DNA from: an uncultured Gemmatimonadales bacterium
GTDB lineage: Bacteria > Gemmatimonadota > Gemmatimonadetes > Gemmatimonadales > GWC2-71-9
Reading direction: 5' to 3'
Assembly: GCA_963730185.1 (NCBI GenBank)
Contig: CAVSQW010000001.1
Location: forward strand, 88,279-152,278
Length of the DNA stretch: 64,000 nt
The position numbers were made by a program, and so were the translations under genes. How positions within the stretch are numbered: position 1 is the first letter of the stretch; each line of letters opens with the position of its first letter. The notes beneath the pieces are model-generated. The model had not been told where the DNA came from. It saw nothing but the letters and a program-made list of their open reading frames with translations, and did not search any database. Shown one piece after another: positions 50,291 to 59,711 of the stretch.

Positions 50291-52605
50291 CTCGATGGCT
50301 GATGGGCGCGGCCTTGGCGGCGGCGATCGCCGCACCGCTGCGGGCGCAGGCGCTGACGGATTCCGCGAAGGCACGTCTCGCCACGATCGACGGGCGGACG
50401 ACCGTCGCCGGGCTCGACTCCGCCGTCGAGGTGCGACGAGATCGATGGGGCGTGCCACACATCTACGCCCGGACGGTACACGACCTCTTCATGGCCCAGG
50501 GCTACACGGCCGCACAGGACCGGCTCTGGCAGATGGAGATGTGGCGCCGGCAGGGCGAGGGGGAACTCGCCGAGGTGCTCGGCCCGAGGTTCGTCGAGCG
50601 CGACAAGTTCGCCCGGCTCCTCCTCTACCGCGGCGACATGGCGGCGGAGTGGGCCAGCTACGGGCCCGACACCAAGGCGATCGTCCACGCCTTCGTCTCG
50701 GGAGTCAACGCCTACATCACCGAGGTTCGTGATCATCCGCCGGTGGAATTCCAGATTCTGGGCTTCCTGCCCGAACCCTGGAACGATTTGGTGCCGCTCC
50801 AGCGGATGGCCGCGCTCTCGATGACCGGCAACGCCCTCTCCGAGGTCGACCGAGCCAGCCTGATTACCAAGTTCGGGGCCAAGAGGATCGAGGAGCTCTA
50901 TCCGATCGATCCCGATCGACCCTTCGATCCCGCGCCGGGGCTCGATCTCCACGGGATCGACATCCAATCGCTGGGCGCGGCGGCGGCCTCGTACGGTGGG
51001 GTGCCCTACCAGCGGATCGAAGGGTCGAACAACTGGGTGGTGAGCGGCCGGCATACGGCCACGGGCAAGCCGATCCTGGCCAACGACCCCCACCGTTCCG
51101 TCACCCTGCCGTCGCTCCGTTACTTGAGCCACCTGGTCGGGCCGGGGTGGAACGTGATCGGCGCGGGTGAGCCGGCGGTGCCCGGGGTGGCCGGCGGCCA
51201 CAACGAGCGGATCGCCTTCGGGTTCACCATCGTCGGCATGGATCAGCAGGACGTGTACGTGGAACGGCTCCGGCCCTGTCCCAACCGATCGGACGGCCAC
51301 CGCTGCTACTGGCACAACGGTCAGTGGGAGCCGGTCCGGGTGATCGTCGATACCATTCCCGTGAAGGGGCAGGCGCCCGAGATCGTGAACCTGGAGTTCA
51401 CCCACCACGGACCGATCGTGGCGGAGAGCGGCGACCGAGGCTTCGCCATCCGATTCGTCGGAAGCGAGCCGGGCACGGCGGGCTACCTGGCCCAGATCTC
51501 GGTGAACCGGGCCCGCGATTGGAAGAGCTTCCTGGCGGCCGCGTACCGGTGGAAGCTCCCGACCGAGAATCTGGTGTACGCCGACGTGGACGGGAACATC
51601 GGCTGGATCGCGGCGGGGCTCGACCCGATCCGTTCGTGGAGCGGGCTCCTGCCGGTGCCGGGTGACGGCCGGTTCGAGTGGAAGGGCTTCCTGCCGTTCT
51701 CGAAGCTCCCCCAGGCGCTCAATCCGGCCTCGGGCATCATCGCGACCGCGAACCACAACATCTATCCCAAGGGGTACCACGAGGACCTGAACTACGAGTG
51801 GGCCACGCCCTACCGCTACCAGCGAATCATGAGCGTCCTCACCTCTCGTGACGGCTGGACGCGAGCCGACTTCGAGAAGCTCCAGCACGACGAATATTCG
51901 ATCCCCGCCTCGTTCCTCACCCCGGTCGTGCTCGACGCCGCCCGCCGCCGCGGCGTTCGGACCGAAGCGGTTCGCCTGCTGGGCGACTGGGACTTCGTCA
52001 TGCGGAAGACCGGCGTGGCGCCCACGATCTTCGCCGCCTGGCTCCGGGCGATCGGTCCGGCGGTCTATGCGATGCGGCTGGGCGAGCCGTCCACCAAGCG
52101 GGGTCGCGACTGGGACATGCCGACCTTGATCCGACTCCTGACTCATCCGGATCGTCAGTTCGGCGCCGACCCGGCGGCCGGTCGCGATTCGCTCGTCCTG
52201 GCCGCCCTCGACGACGCCACGGGCCGGCTCGCCAGGGAGATGGGCGGCCCGCCCTCCAGCTGGCGGTGGGAGGCCATTCACCACGCCGAGTTCCATCACC
52301 CACTGGCCCGGGCGTTCGACCTGCCGGATACCCCGCGGGGCGGCGACGAGAACACGGTCAACATGACCGGTGGCGCCGGGTGGCTCCAGACGGCGGGGGC
52401 GTCCTACCGGGGCATCTTCGATCTGGCCGATTGGGACAACTCGGTGGCCACTAGCGTCCCCGGCGAGTCCGGCCAGCCGGAGAGCGAGTACTACGGGAAC
52501 CTTCGGCCTCTCTGGGGTGACGGAACGTATTTCCCGCTGCCCTTCTCGCGGGCGGCGGTCGAGCGGGCTACCGCGCACGTGCTCTGGCTGGAGCCCGCCC
52601 GTTAG
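50287..52605 (+). CDS. Penicillin acylase family (S45) Ntn hydrolase
   Basis: RDRWGVPHIYA, QDRLWQM, GSNNW, ANDPH and PGESG motifs. Confidence 0.94.
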   Translation: MTRWLMGAALAAAIAAPLRAQALTDSAKARLATIDGRTTVAGLDSAVEVRRDRWGVPHIYARTVHDLFMAQGYTAAQDRLWQMEMWRRQGEGELAEVLGPRFVERDKFARLLLYRGDMAAEWASYGPDTKAIVHAFVSGVNAYITEVRDHPPVEFQILGFLPEPWNDLVPLQRMAALSMTGNALSEVDRASLITKFGAKRIEELYPIDPDRPFDPAPGLDLHGIDIQSLGAAAASYGGVPYQRIEGSNNWVVSGRHTATGKPILANDPHRSVTLPSLRYLSHLVGPGWNVIGAGEPAVPGVAGGHNERIAFGFTIVGMDQQDVYVERLRPCPNRSDGHRCYWHNGQWEPVRVIVDTIPVKGQAPEIVNLEFTHHGPIVAESGDRGFAIRFVGSEPGTAGYLAQISVNRARDWKSFLAAAYRWKLPTENLVYADVDGNIGWIAAGLDPIRSWSGLLPVPGDGRFEWKGFLPFSKLPQALNPASGIIATANHNIYPKGYHEDLNYEWATPYRYQRIMSVLTSRDGWTRADFEKLQHDEYSIPASFLTPVVLDAARRRGVRTEAVRLLGDWDFVMRKTGVAPTIFAAWLRAIGPAVYAMRLGEPSTKRGRDWDMPTLIRLLTHPDRQFGADPAAGRDSLVLAALDDATGRLAREMGGPPSSWRWEAIHHAEFHHPLARAFDLPDTPRGGDENTVNMTGGAGWLQTAGASYRGIFDLADWDNSVATSVPGESGQPESEYYGNLRPLWGDGTYFPLPFSRAAVERATAHVLWLEPAR

Positions 52606-52885
52606 GCGGGCCCGAACCGAGCGCCCCACACCCTTCCTCGTCGCCCCGAACGAGGCCGGGGTACGCTTCCGGGTCGACCGAAGCCCACCCGGACGGTCCC
52701 GGCGTCCCCGGCCGCCCGGCCTGAGACAGGCCGCGCGGGTCGAATCGGGGAACGGTCGGGATTATGTCCCCAGGCCGGGGATCCGTCCAACCGCGGAGAC
52801 GGTCCGGCCTCTTCTGTCTTGGCCCCTGGTGAGCTAAATCGCCGTGACGAAAGACGTTAGGTGGCTGGTGCCTGAACGCAACAAT

Positions 52886-52901
52886 TGGCACTGATCCTGC
52901 A
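52886..52901 (+). promoter_or_regulatory. Putative sigma-54 (-24/-12) promoter
   Basis: TGGCAC-TGATC-CTGCA with exact GG-N10-GC spacing, about 50 nt before the S41 gene. Confidence 0.6.
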
Positions 52902-52949
52902 CGTCAAATCGGTGCGAAATTCGGCGACAGCGAAGGCGGAGGGCATCGG

Positions 52950-54404
52950 GTGCGGATTCGTAGCGGGCTCTGGTTTGTGTTCGGGCTGGCGGCTGGGGCC
53001 GCGGCCGGCGTCGGCGGTGCCCGCTGGTGGGCGGCCCGGCGGCTGGCACCCGTCACCACGGCCGGGGTGTTCCAGGACGTGCTCGCGGCCATCCGGCAGA
53101 GCTTCGTGGACTCGCTGTCGGACGAAGAGCTCTACGTCAAAGCCGCCAAGGGCGTGGTCTCGACGCTGGGCGATCCCTATTCGAGCTTTCTCTCGCCGGC
53201 CGAGTTCCGGCGCTACCGTGAGATTCTCCGGGGTCAGGGGCAGTCGGTCGGGGTCACGCTGGCGGACGGGGCCGGCGGGCTCCGGATTCGCTCGGTGATC
53301 GGCGGTTCCCCGGCGGACCGGGCGGGGGTCGAGCCGGGCCAGTACGTGCTGCGAATCGGCGATCGGGAGACGGGCGGCATGTCGGTTGCCAAAGCGGCCT
53401 GGGCGCTGGAGGACACGGCGGAGGTTCGGATCCGGGTTCGAACTCCGGGCGACTCCGCGCCGATGGATCTGGTGCTCGTGCCCCACTTCCTCCGGCTCCC
53501 CGCAGTCACCCAGACCGCCTGGCTCGGTCACGGGCTGGGCTACGTGACCATCCGGTCGGTCTCCGACAACGCCGCCAGCCAGCTCGAGTCGGCCCTCGAC
53601 CATCTCGACGCCGAGCATCTCAGCGGACTCATCGTCGACCTCCGGGGCAATCTGGGCGGACGCCTCGACCAGGCAATCGCCATCGCGGAGCTGTTCCTCG
53701 ACCCGGGTGAGCGAATCGGCGCCATGATGAAGCGCCAGGACTTTCCGGCCGTCTACGCCGCCAGCGAGCCACAGGCCTATCCCCGTCTCCCAGTCGTGCT
53801 CCTGGTCGACCGCCACACGGCCAGCTCGGCCGAGATCATCGCGTCGGCGTTGCGCGACAATCATCGGGCCCGTTTGGTCGGCGAGCGCACCTACGGCAAG
53901 GGGATGGTGCAGACCACGATTCCGCTCGGCGACAGTATCGCCGTCCGGCTGTCGACCGGTCGTTGGAAAACGCCGGCCGGCCTCACGATCGTGGGTGGCT
54001 TGGTTCCCGATTCGGTCGTGGTGATGTCGGAAGCCCGACAGCACCTGGTCGGCCTCCTGGCCCACCACCCCGAGGCGGTGGCCGGCTTTCTGGAGACGGC
54101 CGCCCGCGCCAGACTGACGGCCGGACCGGCCTCGGCCGATTCGGCGACCCTCACACCGATCGAGCTCGATCGGCTCGCGGATCTCCTCCGCCGGCAGGGA
54201 CTTCGGGTAAGCGCCCGCACCCTCGAATCCCACGGTGATCTGTTCACGCCCGAGCTGCACCGGCTGATGGCCCGACTCGGGGGCGACGGGCGAGCGCAAG
54301 ATCGGTGGACCCTGCTCGCCGACCCGGTCGTGGCGGCCGGCGTGGATCTCCTGACCCCCGGGCCGGCCCCCGCGGGCGCCTCAGGGAGTCACCTTCCCGA
54401 CTGA
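52950..54404 (+). CDS. S41A peptidase with PDZ (second paralog)
   Basis: GDPYS, DLRGNLGG, TASSAEII and TYGKGMVQ motifs. Confidence 0.9.
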   Translation: MRIRSGLWFVFGLAAGAAAGVGGARWWAARRLAPVTTAGVFQDVLAAIRQSFVDSLSDEELYVKAAKGVVSTLGDPYSSFLSPAEFRRYREILRGQGQSVGVTLADGAGGLRIRSVIGGSPADRAGVEPGQYVLRIGDRETGGMSVAKAAWALEDTAEVRIRVRTPGDSAPMDLVLVPHFLRLPAVTQTAWLGHGLGYVTIRSVSDNAASQLESALDHLDAEHLSGLIVDLRGNLGGRLDQAIAIAELFLDPGERIGAMMKRQDFPAVYAASEPQAYPRLPVVLLVDRHTASSAEIIASALRDNHRARLVGERTYGKGMVQTTIPLGDSIAVRLSTGRWKTPAGLTIVGGLVPDSVVVMSEARQHLVGLLAHHPEAVAGFLETAARARLTAGPASADSATLTPIELDRLADLLRRQGLRVSARTLESHGDLFTPELHRLMARLGGDGRAQDRWTLLADPVVAAGVDLLTPGPAPAGASGSHLPD

Positions 54405-54498
54405 TCCCCGATCCCGGGCGGCCGCGTCCTATGGCGGCCGGGCTTCGGACACCAAGTCGTCACCATGCGAGGCGATCACTCCGGAGCGGCCTACTCCC

Positions 54499-55005
54499 TT
54501 GGACCCGCACGATCTCGAGGCTGAGTTGGCCCGAACCCACGCCTCCGGGTTCGCCTGGGCGGTCCGCTGCTGCCGGGGTGATCGCGACGAGGCGATGGAC
54601 GTGCTCCACCTCGCCTACGTCAAGGTGCTCGACGGGCGGGCTCGGTTCGAGCAGCGGTCGTCCTTTCGGACCTGGCTCTTCGGAGTGATCCGGCGGACCG
54701 CGCTGGAAGAAGGCCGTAAGCGCTGGATCCGGGCGTTGCGGTTGGAGCGATGGCGGCGGGAGCCGCGGCCGCCTCCGGCGGCGCAGGACGATCGGCTGGT
54801 GGCCGCCGAACGGGCGACCCGACTCCGGGAAGCGATCGGCCGCCTCTCGAAACGCCAGCAGGAGGTGCTCCACCTCGTGTTCTACCAGGACCTGACCATC
54901 GAGGACGCCGCCGGAGTGCTTGGCCTGCCGGTCGGGACCGCTCGAACGCACTATGCTCGGGGCAAGGAACGGCTCCGGCGACTGTTGGGAGACGAAGACC
55001 GATGA
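54499..55005 (+). CDS. ECF sigma-70 factor
   Basis: EAMDVLH, SSFRTWLFGV, LSKRQQEV and GLPVGTARTH motifs. Confidence 0.9.
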   Translation: MDPHDLEAELARTHASGFAWAVRCCRGDRDEAMDVLHLAYVKVLDGRARFEQRSSFRTWLFGVIRRTALEEGRKRWIRALRLERWRREPRPPPAAQDDRLVAAERATRLREAIGRLSKRQQEVLHLVFYQDLTIEDAAGVLGLPVGTARTHYARGKERLRRLLGDEDR

Positions 55006-55394
55006 CGAACGATCGCGACCGGTTGGAGCGCGAGCTCCGGGACCATTTTGCGGCAGAGCGGGTTCGGGACGCCGCCCGAAGCCCCGGGTATGCGGCGGTC
55101 CGGACCGGCCGGCGCCTGTCGGAGGGACGACGGATCTGGCTGCCGGTGGCGGTCGGCGCGCTGGCGATCGTCGTGCTCGCGGCGATCGCTGTGTGGCGCC
55201 CCCGGAGCGGCCTCCCGGCCGGGATCGACCTGAAGGCGGTCGAGTGGACGTCACCCACCGACTTCCTGTTGGAAATCGCAGGGACCGAGTTTCTGGAGCA
55301 GGTGCCCGAGATCGGTCCGACGGCCGGGTGGCCGTCGATCGACCTGCCGAGCGCCGGTGCGGCACGGACCGAGATGCGGAGGAACGAGTTATGA
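55002..55394 (+). CDS. Putative small anti-sigma factor
   Basis: ATGA overlap; single TM; WTSPTDFLL motif. Confidence 0.65.
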   Translation: MTNDRDRLERELRDHFAAERVRDAARSPGYAAVRTGRRLSEGRRIWLPVAVGALAIVVLAAIAVWRPRSGLPAGIDLKAVEWTSPTDFLLEIAGTEFLEQVPEIGPTAGWPSIDLPSAGAARTEMRRNEL

Positions 55395-55837
55395 GACGGG
55401 CCCTGGTGGTGGGCCTCGCGGCCCTGGCGCTGCTGGCCGGCCCTGCGCGGGCGCAGGACAAGAAGGACGACGCGTTGGCGAAGGCGGTGTTCGCGCCGGA
55501 CCTGGTCTTCAAGTACGGGCGGGAGATCGGTCTCAAGCCGCCTCAGCGGCAGGCGATCGTCGACGCGATCAAGAACGTTCAAGGCGACCTGGTCGGACTG
55601 CAACTCTCGATGGCCGAGCCGGCCCAGGCGCTGGTGGACCTGCTGAATCAGCCCCAGGTGGACGAGTCGGCCGCGCTGGCGCAGGCGGACAAGGTGCTGA
55701 CCATCGAGCGGGACGTGAAGAAGATGCAAATGGCGCTGCTCATCCGGATCAAGAACGCGCTGACGCCGGAACAGCAGGCCAAGCTCCGCGAGCTTCGGGA
55801 TCGGGCCGCGGGCAACGACGGAGACGCGGACCATTGA
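55391..55837 (+). CDS. Spy/CpxP-like periplasmic protein
   Basis: Signal peptide; IGLKPPQ and LTPEQ motifs. Confidence 0.8.
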   Translation: MRRALVVGLAALALLAGPARAQDKKDDALAKAVFAPDLVFKYGREIGLKPPQRQAIVDAIKNVQGDLVGLQLSMAEPAQALVDLLNQPQVDESAALAQADKVLTIERDVKKMQMALLIRIKNALTPEQQAKLRELRDRAAGNDGDADH

Positions 55838-55860
55838 GGCGGATCGGAAAGGAGCGTCGG

Positions 55861-56907
55861 ATGCGGAAGCTCGCGCTGGTGACCATACTGGGGGCGGGGC
55901 TCGCGGCCTGCTCGAGCGGGACGGGGCCGTCGAAGGGTGGCAACTTCGATGCGGCCCGGGTGGAGGCGGGGGTAGCGACCGTGGACCGGGTGGGGTCCAC
56001 CCCCGCGGTGGCCAGTTTCATGGCGTTGGCGGGGCAGGTGGGGGCGGTGAGCCCGTTGGCGCCGAACCTCCGGGGTGCCGACCGGCTCCTGGCGGCGGTC
56101 CGCCAGGTGGCCCGGGTGACGACGCCGACCGGCGTCTCCATGGTGCCCGTGATCAACCCCTCGGCGCTGGGGCACACCTACGTGTACGCCGGGTCGAGTC
56201 AGAGCTACGTGGTCGACCCCAACCGGAGCGACGCCCCGGCCAACGGCGTCCGGTTCGTGCTGTACGAGGTGAACGGCGAAGGCACGCCCAATCCGTCGCA
56301 GCCGATCGGGTACGCGGACCTGACCGATGTCGGGGCCGGGGAGAGCGACGCGGCGGCGTTGTCGCTGGTGGTGATCGCGAACGACGTGACGTACTTGAGC
56401 TATCGGTTCGACCTCGCGGGCTCGGTGGGGGCCGCGTCGGTCCACGTGAACGGCTTCCTGAGCGACGGGACCGATCGGGTCGACTTCGACATCACCACGA
56501 CGGGGCAGCTCTTCGGGCAAGGCGGCACCGCGACCGTCGACGCGACGATCGGGGTCCCCAGTCACGACTTCCAGGTCACCGCGCATCTGAGCGGCCCGGC
56601 CGGCGAGACAACGGGCGACTCGCATCTCGAGCTCGCGGTGGCCTCGGGCGAGGACGACATCGGGGTAGTGGCCGACGTCCAGGCCAACCAGCTGAACGCC
56701 ACCTTCACCGTGAATGACAAGGTGCTGGCGACGGCGACGGGTGATCCCGCGAACCCGGTCATCGTGGGCGACGGCGGTCGGGACCTCACAGTGGAGGAGC
56801 GGACCGCCCTGGGCGCGATCGTGGGCTTCGCGGGCGGCGTATTCGGCCTGATTGGTGATCTACTGGCCCCGGCGGGTGTCCTGCTGCTCCTGGGGCTCGG
56901 ACTGTAG
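55861..56907 (+). CDS. Hypothetical lipoprotein
   Basis: AAGGAG RBS; lipobox LAAC; beta-rich body; hydrophobic C-terminus. Confidence 0.8.
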   Translation: MRKLALVTILGAGLAACSSGTGPSKGGNFDAARVEAGVATVDRVGSTPAVASFMALAGQVGAVSPLAPNLRGADRLLAAVRQVARVTTPTGVSMVPVINPSALGHTYVYAGSSQSYVVDPNRSDAPANGVRFVLYEVNGEGTPNPSQPIGYADLTDVGAGESDAAALSLVVIANDVTYLSYRFDLAGSVGAASVHVNGFLSDGTDRVDFDITTTGQLFGQGGTATVDATIGVPSHDFQVTAHLSGPAGETTGDSHLELAVASGEDDIGVVADVQANQLNATFTVNDKVLATATGDPANPVIVGDGGRDLTVEERTALGAIVGFAGGVFGLIGDLLAPAGVLLLLGLGL

Positions 56908-56913
56908 GGTGGG

Positions 56914-57022
56914 GATTGGTGACTTGGGAATAGGGAGTAGGGAGTGAGCAGGGAGTCGTGAGTGGGGGCTCGACTCACGACTCCCTGCTCACTCCCTACT
57001 CCCTATTCACGAGTCCCCAATC
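56914..57022. repeat. Long palindrome of GGGAGTA-like heptamers (probable bidirectional terminator or REP-like element)
   Basis: Perfect 36-bp arms 56928-56963 and 56973-57008, 9-nt loop, imperfect 14-bp extension; lies between convergent genes. Confidence 0.9.
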
Positions 57023-59450
57023 ACGATGTTCACCAATCGGCCCGGGACGAAGATCACCTTCCGGATCGTCTTGCCGTGGGTCTGGCGCATGACGGACGGC
57101 TCCCGCTGGGCGCGGGCCAGGGCGTCGTCCTGGGTGATGCCCCGGGGCACCTGGATGGTGCCCCGGGTCTTGCCGTTCACCTGGAGGACCAGATCGATCG
57201 TGGCTTCGACGGTCAGCCTCTCGTCCCAGGTGGGCCAGGGTGCGTCGAAGATCGACGTGTCGTGGCCCAGTCGCTCCCAGCACTCTTCCGCGAAGTGCGG
57301 AGCGAAGGGCGCCACCATCACGATCATGTCCTTCACCACGTGGCGCTCGGAGCAGTTCGTGTCGCGCAGGGCGTTCAGGAGCTCCATCAGCGCCGCGATC
57401 GCGGTGTTGTAGCTCAGCGTCTCGAGGTCGTGGGTGACCTTCTTGACGGTCTGCTGCCACTTGGTCACGGCGTCCTGTGGATCTCCTCGCCGACCAGCGT
57501 CTTCCGCTCGCACTCGATCGACCAGCTCCCAGAGCCGGTCCAGGAACCGGCGAGGGCCGGCGATCCCGGCGTCGCGGAAGTCGCCGCCCTCCTCGAACGG
57601 GCCCAGGAACATCAGGTACGAGCCGGAAGGTGTCAGCGCCCCACCGGGTGATGTACTCGTCCGGGTTCACGACGTTGCCGCGGGACTTCGACATCTTGCT
57701 CCCGTCCTTCACGATGGTGCCGTGGGCGCGGAAGCGGCGGAACGGCTCCTCGAAAGGAAGCCATCCCTGGTCGTGCAGGACCATGGTGACGAAGCGGGCG
57801 TACAGGAGGTGGAGCACGGCGTGCTCGTTCCCGCCGATGTACATCGAGACCGGGAGCCAGCGGGCGACCCGCTCCGGGTCGAACGGCCGGTCCTCCTGCT
57901 CGGTGGAGGGATACCGGAGGAAGTACCAGGCCGAATCGAGGAAGGTGTCGGAGACGTCGGTCTCGCGGCGCGCCGGTCTTGCCGCACTTGGGGCAGGGCA
58001 CGTGATACCACTCCCGGTGCCGAGCCAGGGGTGACAGGCCGGAATCGTCGGGCCGGAAGTCCGCGATGTTGGGGAGCACCACCGGCAGATCCTTCTCCGG
58101 CACCGGCAGGGGCCCGCAATCGTCGCAGTAGATGATTGGGATCGGCGGGCCCCAATACCGCTGTCGGGAGATGCACCAGTCGTGGAGGCGATAGCGGACC
58201 ACGCCCTTGCCGGCACCCTTCGACTCGAGCCAGGCCACGATGGCCCGGCTCCCCTCGCGCGACCGACTGGCCGCTCCACTCTCCGAGTTGACCAGGCGGC
58301 CCTCGCCGGAGTCGACCATCGCCTCGGTGAGCGGGGTCGACTCGTTCTGTTCCGGTCCGGCCACGACCCGGACGATCTCGAGGCCGTGGCGGGTCGCGAA
58401 GTCGAAGTCGCGCTCGTCGTGACCCGGCACCGCCATGATGGCTCCGGTGCCGTAGTCCATGAGCACGTAGTCCGCGATCCAGATCGGGATGGGCTGGCCG
58501 GTGGCCGGGTTGGTGGCCGTAGCGCCGGTGAAGACGCCGGTCTTGTCCTTGTCGCCGATCTTGCGACTGACCAGGTCCTTCGCGGCCGCCTCACCTCGGT
58601 AGGCCTCCACGGCGTCCCGCTGCGCGGGGCTGGTCAGCGCGTCGACCAGCGGGTGCTCGGGCGCCAGCACCATGAAGGTGGCACCGAAGATCGTGTCGGG
58701 CCGGGTCGTGAAGACCCGGAGCCGCTCACCGCCGGGGACGGCGAAGTCGATCTCCGCGCCCTCGGACCGACCGAGCCAGTTCCGCTGCGCGGTGGTGGTC
58801 GTCGCCGACCAGTCCATCTTGGTCGGGTCGTCGAGGTTGGCGAGGAGCCGGTCGGCGTAGTCGGTGATCCGGAAGAACCACTGCTCCAGCAACCGCTGCT
58901 CCACCAGGGTCCCGCATCGCTCGCAATGGCCGCCTTCCACCTGTTCGTTGGCGAGCACGGTCTTGCAGCTCGGGCACCAGTTGACCGGCGCCTTCTTCTT
59001 GTAGGCCTTCCCGGCCTCGTAGAGCTTGAGGAAGATCCATTGGGTCCACTTGTAGTACCCGGGATCGGTCGTGGCGAGGGAGTGGCTCCAGTCGAACATC
59101 CCGCCCAGCTGGGTGAGCTGGCGGTGGAAGTTGGCGATGTTGCGGGGGATCAGTTCGCCCGGATGGGTGCCGACCTTGAGGGCGTAATTCTCGCTGTGGA
59201 TTCCGAACGCATCGAACCCCATCGGTTCGAAGACCTGGTGGCCCCGGAGCCGCTGGAATCGGCCGAACACATCGGCGCCGGTGAACGCGAAGAAGTTCCC
59301 AACGTGGAGCCCCTCGGCCGAGGGGTACGGGAACATCATCAGGGCGTAGAACGGCCGGTCGGCCCGATCGAGGTTGGGTCGGTTGGTGTGCCGTTCGGCC
59401 CATCGGGCCTGCCACTTGGGCTCGACGGAATCGGGGGCGTAGTCGGACAT
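57007..59450 (-). CDS. leuS: Leucine--tRNA ligase (frameshifts near 57977 and 57620; probable sequencing errors)
   Basis: MFPYPS..LHVGN, FTTRPDT, GTGAIMAVPGHD, DWCISRQRYWG, RETD..DTF, KMSKS and VQVNGK-like tail across three frames. Confidence 0.95.
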
Positions 59451-59456
59451 GGGGTA

Positions 59457-59706
59457 GAGGATAGATACGGTCGGGACCTGGGGGTAGGGAGGGTAGGGAT
59501 TTGTGAGTAGTGACTCGGGAGTAGGGAGGGACTGGTGAGTGGTGAGCAGGGGCCGACTTCCCGAGGTCCGGCTCTCGTCCCTCCGTCCCAGTCCCTCTAT
59601 CCTTCCTCCCTCCCTAGTCCCCTACTCTCCACTCCCTCCCTACTCCCTACTCTCCACTCACTGCTCCCTACCTCCCTACCCCCAAGTCCCGGTCGTATCT
59701 ATCCTC
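59457..59706. repeat. Intergenic imperfect inverted repeat with heptamer arrays and mirror-image -10 boxes
   Basis: GAGGATAGATACGGTCGGGACCTGGGGGTAGGGAGG... versus the reverse complement of the right end GAGGATAGATACGACCGGGACTTGGGGGTAGGGAGG...; arms about 85 bp. Confidence 0.9.
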
Positions 59707-59711
59707 CAACC

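Noticed and set aside
50110..52629. Long antisense or alternate-frame ORFs (also 19978-21945, 48110-50458, 3467-5326, 15423-17186)
   Set aside because: Shadows of well-supported genes on the other strand; no motifs; expected at this GC content.
57007..59450. leuS as a pseudogene or split gene
   Set aside because: All motifs are intact with no in-frame decay; the same indel pattern occurs in other genes, favouring sequencing error.
56914..59706. CRISPR array or T-box leader around leuS
   Set aside because: Repeats are inverted heptamer arrays without unique spacers or cas genes; no T-box motif was recognised, and leuS appears leaderless.
59535..59711. N-terminal Pro/Ser/Leu extension of the MCP ORF
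   Set aside because: It is a translation of the heptamer repeat; ATG 59712 with a -10 box is the better start.
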